Below are positions 19,044 through 29,062 of a stretch of DNA of 64,000 nt, in pieces. Source of the DNA: Lysobacterales bacterium (GTDB lineage: Bacteria > Pseudomonadota > Gammaproteobacteria > Xanthomonadales > SZUA-36); NCBI GenBank assembly GCA_050118555.1, contig JASFKQ010000001.1, positions 1,464 to 65,463 on the forward strand. Direction: 5' to 3'. A model generated the notes under the pieces. That model saw only the letters and a program-made list of their open reading frames with translations. It made no database searches and was not told the origin of the DNA. The position numbers were made by a program, and so were the translations under genes. Within the stretch, counting starts at the first letter, position 1, and each line of letters begins with the position of its first letter.

Positions 19044-20465
19044 TCAATGAGCCTGCTTTTCCTTGGCTTGCTTGAGGATCTCCCGGACTTCCGGCGCTTC
19101 GATCCGGCTCCCCGCGTCAAGCGCAGTGCGCATGACCTGGCCCGGCCCTTCCGGGCGGCCGCTTTCCGCGTTGGCGAGGTAGTAGAGCACCCCGTCCGCC
19201 AGGGTTGAAGGCCCGGGTCCGTCGAACGGCGGCAGCGCGATGGCCATGGGGCTCACGCTCTTGGCGACGTAGCCTCCGTCATCGAGTTCCAGACGCATCA
19301 GGCGCTGGGGCGAGAACTCTCCCTGCACGAGGTACAGATTACCGTCCTGGTACTCGATCCCGGTGATGCCGCCCAGGTTCAGGTTTTCGGGCCCGCTCAG
19401 CATCGCGGACTGTTCCTCGATGGGATCGACGACGAACACGCCTTTCACGCGGTCCGCAACGTACAGGCGACTATCGTCCGGAGTCACGGCAATGTCACTC
19501 AGGGACACCAGCGCCGGGTTGGTAACGAACGGTTCGAGCGAGTCGCCGCTGCCGGTCTTGACATAGACGATGGGGGCCTTTTCGTCGATCACGAATACGG
19601 TGCCGTTCCCGGTGACAGCCACGCTGCCCAGGTCATGGTCGGCGCCGTCGTCGGGCAGGTTGAACCGGGCGACCTGCCGCATCGTGTCGAGGTCGAATTC
19701 GTACAGGGCATTCCGGTTCCGGTACGCGGGACTGTAGTCAGTGAATTCCGGAGTGGCGGAGCTGGAGATCCACAGGCGGTTGCGCGGCGCATCGACCGCC
19801 AGGCCCTTGATCGACCACAGCCCGTTGTTCTCGTCCGCCTGCAGCAGCACCGTCGTTTCCCCGTCCTGTCCCACCGCGATCAGCTTTCCCGCCGCCTCGG
19901 TGCCGGCCAGCAGCCGCCCGTGGTTCGAGTCCCAGGCTATGGCGCTGTAGTCGGACGGTTTCCCTTCGAGGGTGAATTCGACCTCGCCGTCACCGGCAGG
20001 TTCGCCGGCCTCGACCATCAGCTTGTTGATGTAATCGTAAGCCTCGGTACCACGGATGTTCGCGGTGTCCTCGAACTGGTTGAAGTCATAGGACAGACCC
20101 TGCTGCTGCATCTGCAGCATGTAATGGTACGCCGTGCTCAACTTGTCGAGCCTGGCGCAGGCTCGCACCAGGTTGATCATGTACTCGGCCACGAACGGGC
20201 GCTGGTTGTGCAGTTTCTTGTTGGCGATGTAATACCGGAGGAAATTCCCTTCCTCGTACGCCTGGTTCGACTGCGCCTCCAGTTCAGCAGCATCTTCCGG
20301 CTTCCTTGGCGGCGGCACTTGGCGTCCCTGCTGATCCGTAGCGGGGGACGCAACGGACGCCGCCTCCGGCTTGTTGGCGGGCCCGTTGGGTTCAGCCTGC
20401 GCTGAAATGGCGATCATCGTAAAGGTCAGCGCCAGCACAGCACCGGTCCGTGAAAGTGAAAACAT
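19044..20465 (-). CDS. Secreted hypothetical protein (helical N-domain plus probable beta-propeller)
   Basis: Start moved to ATG 20465 (MFSLSRTGAVLALTFTMIAISAQA signal peptide). The C-terminal two thirds have repeated short beta-strand/Gly-Asp turns (LWISSS, VFVIDE, LYVADR, LYLVQG), as in SMP-30/NHL-type propellers. No specific family recognised. Confidence 0.6.
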   Translation of the reverse strand: MFSLSRTGAVLALTFTMIAISAQAEPNGPANKPEAASVASPATDQQGRQVPPPRKPEDAAELEAQSNQAYEEGNFLRYYIANKKLHNQRPFVAEYMINLVRACARLDKLSTAYHYMLQMQQQGLSYDFNQFEDTANIRGTEAYDYINKLMVEAGEPAGDGEVEFTLEGKPSDYSAIAWDSNHGRLLAGTEAAGKLIAVGQDGETTVLLQADENNGLWSIKGLAVDAPRNRLWISSSATPEFTDYSPAYRNRNALYEFDLDTMRQVARFNLPDDGADHDLGSVAVTGNGTVFVIDEKAPIVYVKTGSGDSLEPFVTNPALVSLSDIAVTPDDSRLYVADRVKGVFVVDPIEEQSAMLSGPENLNLGGITGIEYQDGNLYLVQGEFSPQRLMRLELDDGGYVAKSVSPMAIALPPFDGPGPSTLADGVLYYLANAESGRPEGPGQVMRTALDAGSRIEAPEVREILKQAKEKQAH

Positions 20466-20617
20466 AGTGAGTATCCCTGAATCCTGCGAAATATCGGTCG
20501 CGATCCGGTTTGAACGGCAAACGTCCGTTTGGTTCCGGAGAGACATGTTATGGTCATCGCTCGTCCGGTCCGGATACAATCGATCCATGTTAACAGACTC
20601 AGAGACTTGACGGTCCC

Positions 20618-21160
20618 GTGAGCTCAGACCTTACCCATTACCGGGGACGCTACCTCAGCCTGCTCGAGCGGGATGGGTGGGAATACGCGCACCGCAGCAA
20701 TGCCAGCGCAGTAGTGGTTCTGGTTGCGGTGACGAAAGAACGTGAGCTGCTGCTTGTCGAGCAATTCCGCAAGCCGGTAGGCACCCGGGTGCTCGAACTG
20801 CCCGCGGGCCTGGTGGGGGACCTAAACGATCCCGATGAACCGCTGCTCGAAGCAGCACGGCGCGAACTGGAAGAGGAGACAGGTTACCGGCCAGGCGGCA
20901 TGAAGCTGTTGATGGAATGCCCCAGCAGCGCGGGAATGAGCGACGAGAACCTGGCTTTCATTCTGGCCCACGACTGCGAACGCGTGGGGCCGGGAGGCGG
21001 CGACGACAGCGAGGAAATCGAAGTCGTGATCGTGTCCCTCGAAGATGCCGACGGGTTGCTGGACCGGCACCTGGCGGCGGGCAAGTCGCTGGACCCCAAG
21101 ATCTATAGCGGGCTCTACTGGCTGGGGAAGCTCGGATACACGGCCAACAGCGAGGAGTGA
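20618..21160 (+). CDS. Nudix hydrolase (ADP-ribose pyrophosphatase-like)
   Basis: GTG start. Nudix box GLVGDLNDPDEPLLEAARRELEEETGY. Confidence 0.8.
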   Translation: MSSDLTHYRGRYLSLLERDGWEYAHRSNASAVVVLVAVTKERELLLVEQFRKPVGTRVLELPAGLVGDLNDPDEPLLEAARRELEEETGYRPGGMKLLMECPSSAGMSDENLAFILAHDCERVGPGGGDDSEEIEVVIVSLEDADGLLDRHLAAGKSLDPKIYSGLYWLGKLGYTANSEE

Positions 21161-21165
21161 TCAAT

Positions 21166-22197
21166 ATGAGAGGAATTGCAAGGGGGCTGTTGCTGGCCCT
21201 CGCGTTCACGGGAATCACCGGAATGACCCAGGCAGCGGAAGACCAGGAAGCGCAAGACAAGGCGCCCGTCGCGATCGCGATCCATGCCGGCTCGGGCACG
21301 ATTACACGCGAAGAGCTCACGGAATCCAGGGAACGGGAGATTCGCCAAACGCTGGAGGCCGCCGTTCGCGCCGGACACGAAGTGCTGGCGGCGGGCGGCA
21401 CGAGCCTGGACGCAATCACCCAGGCCATAACCCTGCTGGAGGACTCGCCATACTTCAACGCGGGGCGCGGGGCCGTCTTCAACGCCGAGGGCAAGAACGA
21501 GCTGGACGCCTCCATCATGAGTGGGGCCGATCTTTCGGCCGGCGCGGTTGCGGCGGTGCACAACGTGCGGCACCCGGTCCTGCTGGCGCGAAAGGTCATG
21601 ACCGATTCCGTTCACGTGATGCTGATGGGTGCCGGGGCAGAGCAGTTCGGACGCGAACACGGCATCGAGTTCAAGGACGACGACTGGTTTTTCACCGAGT
21701 ACCGCTGGCAGCAACTGCAGAAGGCCCGGGCGGCTTCCGGTGCGCAGGGCGCCTACCTTTCGGAAACGCCGGACGAACTGTTTTCCACCGTGGGCGCCGT
21801 CGCGCTGGACGCGTCCGGAAACCTCGCAGCCGCCACCTCAACGGGCGGCATGACCAACAAGCGCTGGGGCCGCGTGGGCGACTCGCCGATCATTGGCGCC
21901 GGGACCTACGCCGACAATCGTTCCTGCGCCGTTAGCGCCACGGGACACGGAGAGTATTTCATCCGCGCCACGGTGGCCCGGGATATCTGTGCCCGCGTGC
22001 AGTACACCGGCGCCAGCCTGCAGGAAGCGGCCGACCAGGTCATCAAGGACGAACTGGTCCGCATGGGCGGCGATGGAGGAATCATTGCCCTGGATCCCCA
22101 AGGTCACGTCAGCCTGACGTTCAACACGACGGGCATGTACCGGGCCAGCATCGGTACCGATGGCAAGCTTTACGTGGCGATTTTCGGCGATGAGTAA
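21166..22197 (+). CDS. Isoaspartyl peptidase / L-asparaginase (Ntn-hydrolase, IaaA-like), secreted
   Basis: Signal peptide MRGIARGLLLALAFTGITGMTQA. Autoprocessing-site context FSTVGAVALD and GGMTNKRWGRVGDSPIIGAG. ATG 21166 is preceded by GAGGAG. Confidence 0.85.
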   Translation: MRGIARGLLLALAFTGITGMTQAAEDQEAQDKAPVAIAIHAGSGTITREELTESREREIRQTLEAAVRAGHEVLAAGGTSLDAITQAITLLEDSPYFNAGRGAVFNAEGKNELDASIMSGADLSAGAVAAVHNVRHPVLLARKVMTDSVHVMLMGAGAEQFGREHGIEFKDDDWFFTEYRWQQLQKARAASGAQGAYLSETPDELFSTVGAVALDASGNLAAATSTGGMTNKRWGRVGDSPIIGAGTYADNRSCAVSATGHGEYFIRATVARDICARVQYTGASLQEAADQVIKDELVRMGGDGGIIALDPQGHVSLTFNTTGMYRASIGTDGKLYVAIFGDE

Positions 22198-22393
22198 ACC
22201 GTTCCGGCTGCCCTGGTGGCTGGTCGCGCTGGACGGGCTGGGCATCGCTATCCTGGTGCTCGGCCTGTTGGGAATGCTGGAGGTCGACATCGGGCTGCCG
22301 GTCCTCGACCGAATCTGGCAGTTCCTGGTGGTGCTCGGCCTGGCGCTGATGGCCCCGCTGATCGTCAGCGTCGTGCAGGCAACTCGAAAATAG
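22190..22393 (+). CDS. Small two-TM membrane protein (67 aa)
   Basis: ATG 22190 overlaps the stop of the preceding gene (ATGAGTAA). Two hydrophobic helices (WWLVALDGLGIAILVLGLLG; FLVVLGLALMAPLIVSVV). Confidence 0.5.
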   Translation: MSKPFRLPWWLVALDGLGIAILVLGLLGMLEVDIGLPVLDRIWQFLVVLGLALMAPLIVSVVQATRK

Positions 22394-22456
22394 CCGGCAG
22401 GTTCGGCGGTGGGGTCAGTGGATTGGCAAGCCAGGCACATTCAAGCCCGCTGAAAT

Positions 22457-22474
22457 TGCCTATTATAATTGGCA
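22457..22474. promoter_or_regulatory. Near-palindrome TGCCTATTATAATTGGCA overlapping a perfect TATAAT hexamer
   Basis: 16/18 self-complementary. TATAAT at 22464-22469, about 70 nt upstream of the VOC gene at 22542. Candidate promoter/operator only. Confidence 0.25.
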
Positions 22475-22541
22475 GAATCACACAGTTTCAGTCTGGTCAC
22501 GTACCCGAGAGTCTTTTTCGCTACATCCTCAGGAGACGCCC

Positions 22542-22928
22542 ATGGCTACCACCGTCGAAATCTGCATAGACGTCCCGGACTTGGGGAAAGCGCGGGCATT
22601 CTATGTGGCGGCGTTCGGTCTGTCAGATGAGGCGTCCCCGGTGCCTGATGTCGTTGTCCTCGCCACCGACAACCTGCGTATCTGCCTCCTGGAAAAAGAG
22701 GAGGGATCCCGACCGTCTCCTTCCAGCGGGGACATCCGTCGGTATCGACGTCACTGGACGCCCGTCCATCTCGATTTTCGGACTTCGGACATCCACGCCT
22801 CGCTCGAGCGGGTACTTGCCGCCGGCGCAGTTGCCGAGTCCGACGTACTGGAGAACAAGCATGGTTCATGGGTTACGTGTGCGGATCCTTTCGGAAACGG
22901 CTTTTGTCTGATCCAGCCAAATGGGTAA
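22542..22928 (+). CDS. VOC (glyoxalase/bleomycin-resistance fold) family protein
   Basis: 128 aa, beta-alpha-beta-beta-beta pattern. Ends DPFGNGFCLIQ, typical of VOC proteins. AGGAGA upstream of the ATG. Confidence 0.7.
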   Translation: MATTVEICIDVPDLGKARAFYVAAFGLSDEASPVPDVVVLATDNLRICLLEKEEGSRPSPSSGDIRRYRRHWTPVHLDFRTSDIHASLERVLAAGAVAESDVLENKHGSWVTCADPFGNGFCLIQPNG

Positions 22929-23016
22929 TCCAGCCGGTGCCTCGCAGGACGTTGCAGGCCCCTAACCAAAGCGGACGGATTTTGACGAAAGGGCGCCTTC
23001 ACGCCTCTCCGAAGAG

Positions 23017-23442
23017 GTGGAAGTCATGGAGCAGGACGTGATCTATCTCATCGGCGCCGATCTCATCCTGGTCGCGCATGCGCTGTTTGTGGCATTCGTC
23101 GTCCTGGGCCTCGTCTTCATCCTGGCGGGCAAGACCCGATCCTGGTCCTGGGTGCGCAATCCATGGTTTCGCTCCGCGCATCTCGCCTGTATCGCCGTGG
23201 TCGTGATTCAATCGTGGCTGGGCACGGTGTGCCCTCTGACGACCTGGGAGATGGCACTGCGTGAGAAGTCGGGCGATGCGGTCTACCCCGGTACGTTCAT
23301 CGGGCACTGGCTGCAGGCGATCCTGTATTACCGGGCGCCGCAGTGGGTATTCGTTCTCTGCTATACGGTGTTCGGGGCCCTCGTCGTGGCGAGTTGGTAC
23401 TGGGTCCGTCCGCGCCCGTTCGTCGAAGAAAAGACCTCCTAG
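23017..23442 (+). CDS. DUF2784-family membrane protein
   Basis: Four TM helices and the conserved CPLTTWE motif. The start could be GTG 23017 or ATG 23026. Confidence 0.65.
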   Translation: MEVMEQDVIYLIGADLILVAHALFVAFVVLGLVFILAGKTRSWSWVRNPWFRSAHLACIAVVVIQSWLGTVCPLTTWEMALREKSGDAVYPGTFIGHWLQAILYYRAPQWVFVLCYTVFGALVVASWYWVRPRPFVEEKTS

Positions 23443-24323
23443 CTGTGAATTCCGTGAAGGCGGTTCAAACGCTGCCAGAGCTGGAAACTGGCATTGGCCC
23501 GGTTCAGTGTGTAGATGTGCAAGCCGGGAGCGCCACCTTCAAGGAGGCGCTCACACAGCGCGGAGACGACGTCCAGTCCGAAGGCGCGGATTGACGCCCC
23601 GTCGTCGCCGAAGCCTTCCAAACGGCGCCGGATCCACTGGGGTATCTCGGCCCCGCACATGTCGGAGAAGCGTGAAAGCTGGCGGTAATTGGTGATCGGC
23701 ATGATGCCGGGCGTGATCGGGATTTCGATGCCGAGCGCCCGGGCTTCGTCGACGAAGCGGAAGTAAGCGTCGGCGTTGTAGAAGTACTGCGTCACTGCCC
23801 CGTCCGCGCCGGCCTCCACTTTCTGCCGGAAGTGGAATAACTCGGACTCCGGTGAAGCGGACTCGGGATGGAATTCCGGGTAGCAGGCGACTTCGATACG
23901 GAACGCGGCGCCGAATTCACCGCGAATCCAGGCGACCAGTTCATTCGCGAACTGGAACGGCCCGGGCCCGGAGAGGCCCTCGGGGCGGTCGCCCCGCAAC
24001 ACGACCAGGCGATCGACGCCGATCCCCCTGTAAGCGTCGAGGATGCCGCGCAGCATGGGCTCGCTTTGCGCCATGCAGGAGATGTGCGGCGCCACCGGCA
24101 CGTGCGTCGAGGCCGCCAGTTCCTCGACCGTCTCGCGCGTGGCCTCCAGGGTGGAGCCGCCGGCGCCGAAAGTCACGGACAAATACTCCGGCCTGAGCGG
24201 CGCGAGTTTCTGCCACGTGGATTCGAGCACGAGTTTCTGCTCGGCCGTGCGCGGTGGAAAGAACTCGAAAGATATGGATGGTCTGGCCAAGGGGCTTCCC
24301 GCCGGGCCGCGCTCGACGGGCAC
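23439..24323 (-). CDS. metF: 5,10-methylenetetrahydrofolate reductase
   Basis: ISFEFFPPRT N-terminal motif, then TFGAGGST and a TIM-barrel FAD enzyme pattern. The ORF-track start at 24716 would overlap ahcY. There is no ATG after the ahcY stop, so the start is GTG 24323 or TTG 24290 (uncertain). Confidence 0.85.
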   Translation of the reverse strand: MPVERGPAGSPLARPSISFEFFPPRTAEQKLVLESTWQKLAPLRPEYLSVTFGAGGSTLEATRETVEELAASTHVPVAPHISCMAQSEPMLRGILDAYRGIGVDRLVVLRGDRPEGLSGPGPFQFANELVAWIRGEFGAAFRIEVACYPEFHPESASPESELFHFRQKVEAGADGAVTQYFYNADAYFRFVDEARALGIEIPITPGIMPITNYRQLSRFSDMCGAEIPQWIRRRLEGFGDDGASIRAFGLDVVSALCERLLEGGAPGLHIYTLNRANASFQLWQRLNRLHGIHS

Positions 24324-24367
24324 GGGAGGCGGCGATTCGCCGTCTCCCGCACCTGCCGCCGCGGCGC

Positions 24368-25798
24368 TCAGTACCGGTAGTGGTCCGGTTTGTACGGACC
24401 CTGCCTTTCGACGCCAATGTAGCCTGCCTGCTCCTCTGTCAACTCGGTCAGATGGGCCCCGATTCGGTCGAGATGCAAACGGGCGACCTTTTCGTCGAGG
24501 TGCTTGGGAAGCACATACACCTGGTTCTCGTAGCGGTCGCCGTGGTTCCACAGTTCGATCTGGGCCAGCACCTGGTTGGTAAAGGAATTCGACATCACGA
24601 AGCTGGGATGGCCGGTGGCGCAACCCAGGTTCACGAGGCGACCCTCCGCCAGCAGGATGATCCGCTTGTCGTCGGGAAAGATCACGTGGTCGACCTGCGG
24701 CTTGATGCTTTCCCACTGGTACTTCTTGAGACTGGCCACGTCGATCTCGTTATCGAAGTGACCGATGTTGCAGACGATGGCCTGGTGCTTCATCGCCGCC
24801 ATGTGATCATGCGTGATCACGTGGTAGTTGCCGGTTGCCGTGACGAAAATGTCCGCCTTGTCCACCGCCTGCTCCATGGTGACCACCCGAAAGCCCTCCA
24901 TCGCCGCCTGCAGGGCGCAGATCGGGTCGATTTCGGTGATCCAGACCGTGGCGCCCAGGCCCTTCAGAGACTGCGCGCAGCCTTTACCCACGTCGCCGTA
25001 ACCGGCCACCACCGCGATCTTGCCGGCAATCATTACGTCGGTCGCGCGCTTGATGCCGTCCACCAGAGATTCGCGACAACCGTAGAGATTGTCGAATTTC
25101 GACTTGGTCACCGAGTCGTTCACGTTGATGGCGGGGAACGGCAGTTCGCCGTCACGCGCCATCCGGTACAGGCGCTTCACACCCGTCGTCGTCTCTTCCG
25201 TCACACCACGAATCTTCGACAACGCCTTGCCATACCAGCCCGGACGCGTGTCCAGCCGCTTGCGAATGGCATTGAACAGCGCGATCTCCTCCTCGCTCTT
25301 CGGGTGTTCCAGCAGCGACGGGTCCTTCTCGGCGCGTGCGCCAAGGTAGAGCAGCAGGGTTGCGTCACCGCCGTCGTCGAGGATCATGTTGGCGAAACTC
25401 TCGTCCTGGTCATCGCTGCCCCAGTCGAAGATCCGGTGCGTGAATTCCCAGTATTCGTCGAGCGTCTCGCCCTTGTAGGCGAACACCGGCGTACCACCCG
25501 CCGCGATGGCGGCCGCTGCATGGTCCTGCGTCGAGTAGATGTTGCAGGAAGCCCATCGCACCTCGGCGCCCAGCGCGGTGAGCGTCTCGATCAACATCGC
25601 GGTCTGGATGGTCATGTGCAGGCTGCCGGCGATACGAGTACCCTTCAGCGGCTGTTCGTCGCGGTAGGTCTCCCGCAAGGCCATCAGCCCGGGCATCTCG
25701 GTCTCGGCGATCGCAATCTCCCTGCGCCCGAATTCGGCGAGGGAAATGTCCTTGACGTAGTAATCGTGCTTTTCCAATTGTTCAATCACAGCATTCAC
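24368..25798 (-). CDS. ahcY: Adenosylhomocysteinase
   Basis: 476 aa. [14 protein letters not shown], the NAD site [13 protein letters not shown], and the C-terminal KPDHYRY. Confidence 0.95.
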   Translation of the reverse strand: MNAVIEQLEKHDYYVKDISLAEFGRREIAIAETEMPGLMALRETYRDEQPLKGTRIAGSLHMTIQTAMLIETLTALGAEVRWASCNIYSTQDHAAAAIAAGGTPVFAYKGETLDEYWEFTHRIFDWGSDDQDESFANMILDDGGDATLLLYLGARAEKDPSLLEHPKSEEEIALFNAIRKRLDTRPGWYGKALSKIRGVTEETTTGVKRLYRMARDGELPFPAINVNDSVTKSKFDNLYGCRESLVDGIKRATDVMIAGKIAVVAGYGDVGKGCAQSLKGLGATVWITEIDPICALQAAMEGFRVVTMEQAVDKADIFVTATGNYHVITHDHMAAMKHQAIVCNIGHFDNEIDVASLKKYQWESIKPQVDHVIFPDDKRIILLAEGRLVNLGCATGHPSFVMSNSFTNQVLAQIELWNHGDRYENQVYVLPKHLDEKVARLHLDRIGAHLTELTEEQAGYIGVERQGPYKPDHYRY

Positions 25799-25819
25799 TG
25801 CCTATCCTCCGAGTATCAA

Positions 25820-25896
25820 GGCGAGCGCAGTTGTCTGTCTTACGCGATTGCCGAGCCTGGCCCCGCGTGCGGGCGGGGTCGCAGCGCTCCTCGGAA
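25820..25896 (-). promoter_or_regulatory. SAH riboswitch in the ahcY-metF leader
   Basis: The minus strand reads uuCCGAGGAGCGCUGCGACCCCgcccgcacgcGGGGCCAGGCUCGGcaaucgcguaagacagACAACuGCGCUCgcc. The blocks GAGGAGCGCUGC, CAGGCUCGG and ACAAC-GCGCUC match the SAH-element consensus as I recall it. The position 5' of ahcY is the canonical context. Not checked with a covariance model. Confidence 0.8.
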
Positions 25897-25928
25897 TCGC
25901 GGTTGATGATCCCGGTGCGATATCCGGG

Positions 25929-27092
25929 TCAGAGTCCGGCGGCCGAGCGGATGTGCTCCACTCGGTCCAGGGCCTCCCAGCTCACGTCCAGGTCTTCGCG
26001 GCCCATGTGTCCGTATGCGGCCAACGGCCGGTAGATCGGCCGGATCAGGTCCAGCATGCGAATGATCGCGTACGGCCTCAGGTCGAATTCCTGCCGGACG
26101 ATCTGCTCGATTTTCTTGATCGGGATGCGCTCGGTTCCAAACGTGTCGACGCTGACGGACGTCGGCTCCGCGACGCCGATCGCGTAGGAGACCTGGATCT
26201 CGATGCGATCGGCGAGCCCCGCCGCGACGAGGTTCTTCGCCACGTAGCGGCACGCGTAGGCGGCCGAACGGTCCACCTTGGAGGGGTCCTTACCGGAGAA
26301 CGCGCCACCACCATGGCGCGCCATGCCGCCGTAAGTGTCGACGATGATCTTGCGGCCCGTGAGCCCGGCGTCGCCAACCGGACCGCCGATTTCGAAACGG
26401 CCGGTCGGGTTGATGTGGTACTTGGTGCTGCCGTTGAGCCATTCCCCCGGCAACACCGGCTTGATGATCTCTTCCATCACCAGTTCACGCAGGTCTTCCT
26501 GGCTTGACTCCTTGCTGTGCTGCGTGGACAGCACGACCGCGTCGATACCCACCGGGCGCCCGTCCTCGTAACGGAACGTGACCTGGCTCTTGCCGTCCGG
26601 ACGCAGGTGGCGCATGCCGTCATCCGTAGTGCGGCGCACCAGGCTCTGGCGCTTGATCAGTTCGTGAGCATAGTGAATCGGCGCCGGCATGAGAACGTCC
26701 GTCTCATTGGTGGCGTAACCGAACATCAGGCCCTGGTCACCGGCGCCCTGGTCCTCGGGCCGTTCCCGCGATACACCTTGGTTGATGTCGGGGGACTGCT
26801 TGCCGATGATATTCATCACCGCGCAGGTATGGCCGTCGTAGCCCACCTCGGAAGAATCGTAGCCAATCTCCACGATGACACCGCGGATCAGCTCTTCCAG
26901 GTCCACCCAGGCGCTCGTGGTGATCTCGCCGCCGACGATGGCGACACCGGTCTTGACAAAGGTCTCACAGGCGACGTGCGCTGCCGGATCCTCGCTCAGT
27001 ATCGCGTCGAGCACCGCATCCGAAATCTGGTCCGCGACCTTGTCCGGATGTCCTTCGGAGACCGACTCCGACGTAAACAGATAACTACCCAT
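25929..27092 (-). CDS. metK: S-adenosylmethionine synthetase
   Basis: [33 protein letters not shown] and [19 protein letters not shown]. Confidence 0.95.
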   Translation of the reverse strand: MGSYLFTSESVSEGHPDKVADQISDAVLDAILSEDPAAHVACETFVKTGVAIVGGEITTSAWVDLEELIRGVIVEIGYDSSEVGYDGHTCAVMNIIGKQSPDINQGVSRERPEDQGAGDQGLMFGYATNETDVLMPAPIHYAHELIKRQSLVRRTTDDGMRHLRPDGKSQVTFRYEDGRPVGIDAVVLSTQHSKESSQEDLRELVMEEIIKPVLPGEWLNGSTKYHINPTGRFEIGGPVGDAGLTGRKIIVDTYGGMARHGGGAFSGKDPSKVDRSAAYACRYVAKNLVAAGLADRIEIQVSYAIGVAEPTSVSVDTFGTERIPIKKIEQIVRQEFDLRPYAIIRMLDLIRPIYRPLAAYGHMGREDLDVSWEALDRVEHIRSAAGL

Positions 27093-27326
27093 TATTCAGT
27101 TCCTCCGGCACCGGGCAAGGCCCGACAGGGATCAATACATCTTTCAATCATGATAAAGAGATATATGGTATCGGAATCAATTTGCAAACGCAAAGCGCAC
27201 AGCCCCCACCCGGCCGGTGTGCGACCGCCTGCATCGAAGCCCGGCGCGGCGCGCCGCCGGCCGCTGGTGCAATGTGTGGGGGATGCCTATAGAATTGCCT
27301 GCTATCCCGAACGACTGCCCGAGACC

Positions 27327-28835
27327 ATGCCAATGCAAAGAACCATCGCACAGTCGATCCTCGACAACTTCCTGGGCAACGCGGCCGGTTGGTACAAGCT
27401 GACCATCGTCGCTTTCCTTCTGGTCAACCCGCTGGTACTCGCCGTCTTCGGACCATTTCTGGCCGGTTGGTTGCTGGTCGCCGAATTCATTTTCTGCCTC
27501 GCCATGGCGCTGAAGTGCTACCCGCTGCAACCCGGTGGAATGCTGGCCCTGGAAGCGGTCCTGCTCGGCATGACGAGCCCAGCGACCGTCTACCACGAAT
27601 CCGAAAACAACTTCGCGGTGATCCTGCTGCTGATCTTCATGGTTGCGGGCATCTTTTTCCTGAAGGACCTCCTACTGTACATCTTCACGAAGATCCTGAT
27701 CCGGGTGCGTTCGAAGGTACTGCTCTCACTGATGTTTTCGCTGGTCGCGGCCGTGCTCTCGGCGTTCCTCGACGCACTCACCGTGACGGCGGTTATCATC
27801 ACCGTCGCGGCGGGACTTTACGCGGTATACCACAAGGTGACATCCGGCAAGGGATTCGATGACGACCACGACCATGCCGACGACACGGGCATCGGCACCG
27901 AAACCAAAGACGACCTGGAACTGTTCAGGGCGTTCCTGCGCAACCTGATGATGCACGGCGCCGTCGGCACCGCGCTGGGCGGCGTTTGCACCCTCGTTGG
28001 CGAACCCCAGAACCTCCTGATCGGCGAAATTGCAGGTTGGCACTTCGGCGAATTCTTCGTGCGCATGGCGCCGGTGAGCATACCGGTGCTCGTCGTGGGA
28101 CTGCTGACCTGCATCGCCGTGGAGAAGTTCCGCATCCTCGGCTACGGGGCGGAGATGCCCCTGGCGGCCCGGCATATCCTTGAGCGCTACGACCAGATAG
28201 AAGACGAGAAGCGCACGCAAAGCCAGCGCGCGGCGCTGATCATGCAGGCCCTGGTGGCGGTGTTCCTGATCGTGGCGCTCGCCTTCCACCTGGCGGAAGT
28301 GGGCCTGATCGGCCTGACGGTGATCGTGCTGGCCACCGCAATGACAGGGATCGTGGAGGAACACCAGCTGGGCCACGCCTTCTCCGAGGCACTGCCGTTC
28401 ACCGCCCTGCTGGTGGTGTTCTTCGCCATTGTCGGCGTCATCCACGACCAGCACCTGTTCCAACCGGTCATCGATTTCGTGTTCACGCTGGACCAGCATG
28501 CGCAGGTGCCCGTGTTCTTCGTCGCCAACGGCCTGTTGTCGGCCATTTCCGACAACGTTTTCGTTGCGACGGTATACATCAACGAGGTGTACGCGGCACT
28601 CGATGCGGGCGGCATCACGCGCGAGCATTTCAATCACCTGACCGTGGCCATCAACACTGGTACGAACATTCCCTCGGTGGCGACGCCGAACGGCCAGGCG
28701 GCCTTCCTGTTCCTGTTGACGTCGGCGCTGGCGCCGTTAATCCGTCTCAGCTACGGCCGGATGGTGTTGTTGGCCTTGCCGTACACGATCACCATGACCG
28801 CGACCGGCCTGCTCGCCACCATCTTCCTCCTTTAG
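27327..28835 (+). CDS. nhaB: Na+/H+ antiporter NhaB
   Basis: 502 aa from ATG 27327 ([35 protein letters not shown]...), multi-TM, NhaB-like throughout. The ORF-track start at 26517 is an antisense artefact over metK. Confidence 0.85.
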   Translation: MPMQRTIAQSILDNFLGNAAGWYKLTIVAFLLVNPLVLAVFGPFLAGWLLVAEFIFCLAMALKCYPLQPGGMLALEAVLLGMTSPATVYHESENNFAVILLLIFMVAGIFFLKDLLLYIFTKILIRVRSKVLLSLMFSLVAAVLSAFLDALTVTAVIITVAAGLYAVYHKVTSGKGFDDDHDHADDTGIGTETKDDLELFRAFLRNLMMHGAVGTALGGVCTLVGEPQNLLIGEIAGWHFGEFFVRMAPVSIPVLVVGLLTCIAVEKFRILGYGAEMPLAARHILERYDQIEDEKRTQSQRAALIMQALVAVFLIVALAFHLAEVGLIGLTVIVLATAMTGIVEEHQLGHAFSEALPFTALLVVFFAIVGVIHDQHLFQPVIDFVFTLDQHAQVPVFFVANGLLSAISDNVFVATVYINEVYAALDAGGITREHFNHLTVAINTGTNIPSVATPNGQAAFLFLLTSALAPLIRLSYGRMVLLALPYTITMTATGLLATIFLL

Positions 28836-28855
28836 GAGCTCCCAAAGGGCGTAAA

Positions 28856-28874
28856 CCCGCTCTGCGGGCGATTG
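28856..28874. repeat. REP-like motif cccgctctgcgggcgattg (copy 1 of 3 in window)
   Basis: 19-nt exact match to 48260-48278. Contains the small hairpin gcccgc-tct-gcgggc. Confidence 0.7.
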
Positions 28875-28884
28875 CCTACGAGGC

Positions 28885-28989
28885 GACCGGACCGGGTAGT
28901 GCCTTTCGGGACACGCTCGAGACATCCATGTGCGCTATTAAATCGTTCCCGACGATTTAATGTCCCGAAAGGCACTACCCGGTCCGGTC
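28885..28989 (+). repeat. Hairpin element X1 (105 nt): 29-bp perfect stem, conserved 30-nt core, mini-hairpin
   Basis: 28885-28913 pairs 29/29 with 28961-28989. Core ggacacgctcgagacatccatgtgcgctat at 28909-28938. Mini-hairpin taaatcg-ttcccga-cgattta at 28939-28959. Confidence 0.8.
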
Positions 28990-29062
28990 TCTACACTTCC
29001 AGCAAATGAAGAAAAAACCTTGCGGGGAGTACTCACAACCGGGCTCGCGCCACAGGTAGTCA

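Noticed and set aside
24324-24716. 5' extension of the metF ORF
   Set aside because: It would overlap the 3' end of ahcY by about 350 nt in another frame. MetF similarity starts just before ISFEFFPPRT.
24254-25906. 550-aa + strand ORF
   Set aside because: It is antisense to ahcY and the SAH riboswitch, with no recognisable domain.
26517-27326. N-terminal 270 codons of the 772-aa ORF that contains nhaB
   Set aside because: This part overlaps metK on the opposite strand and crosses the AT-rich promoter gap. NhaB homology begins at ATG 27327.
27093-27326. SAM-type riboswitch in the metK leader
   Set aside because: I found no recognisable SAM-I, SAM-II or SAM/SAH core. The region looks like an ordinary AT-rich divergent promoter gap. 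A possible nhaB promoter (GTGCAA-N17-TAGAAT, 27267-27295) is too weak to list as a feature.
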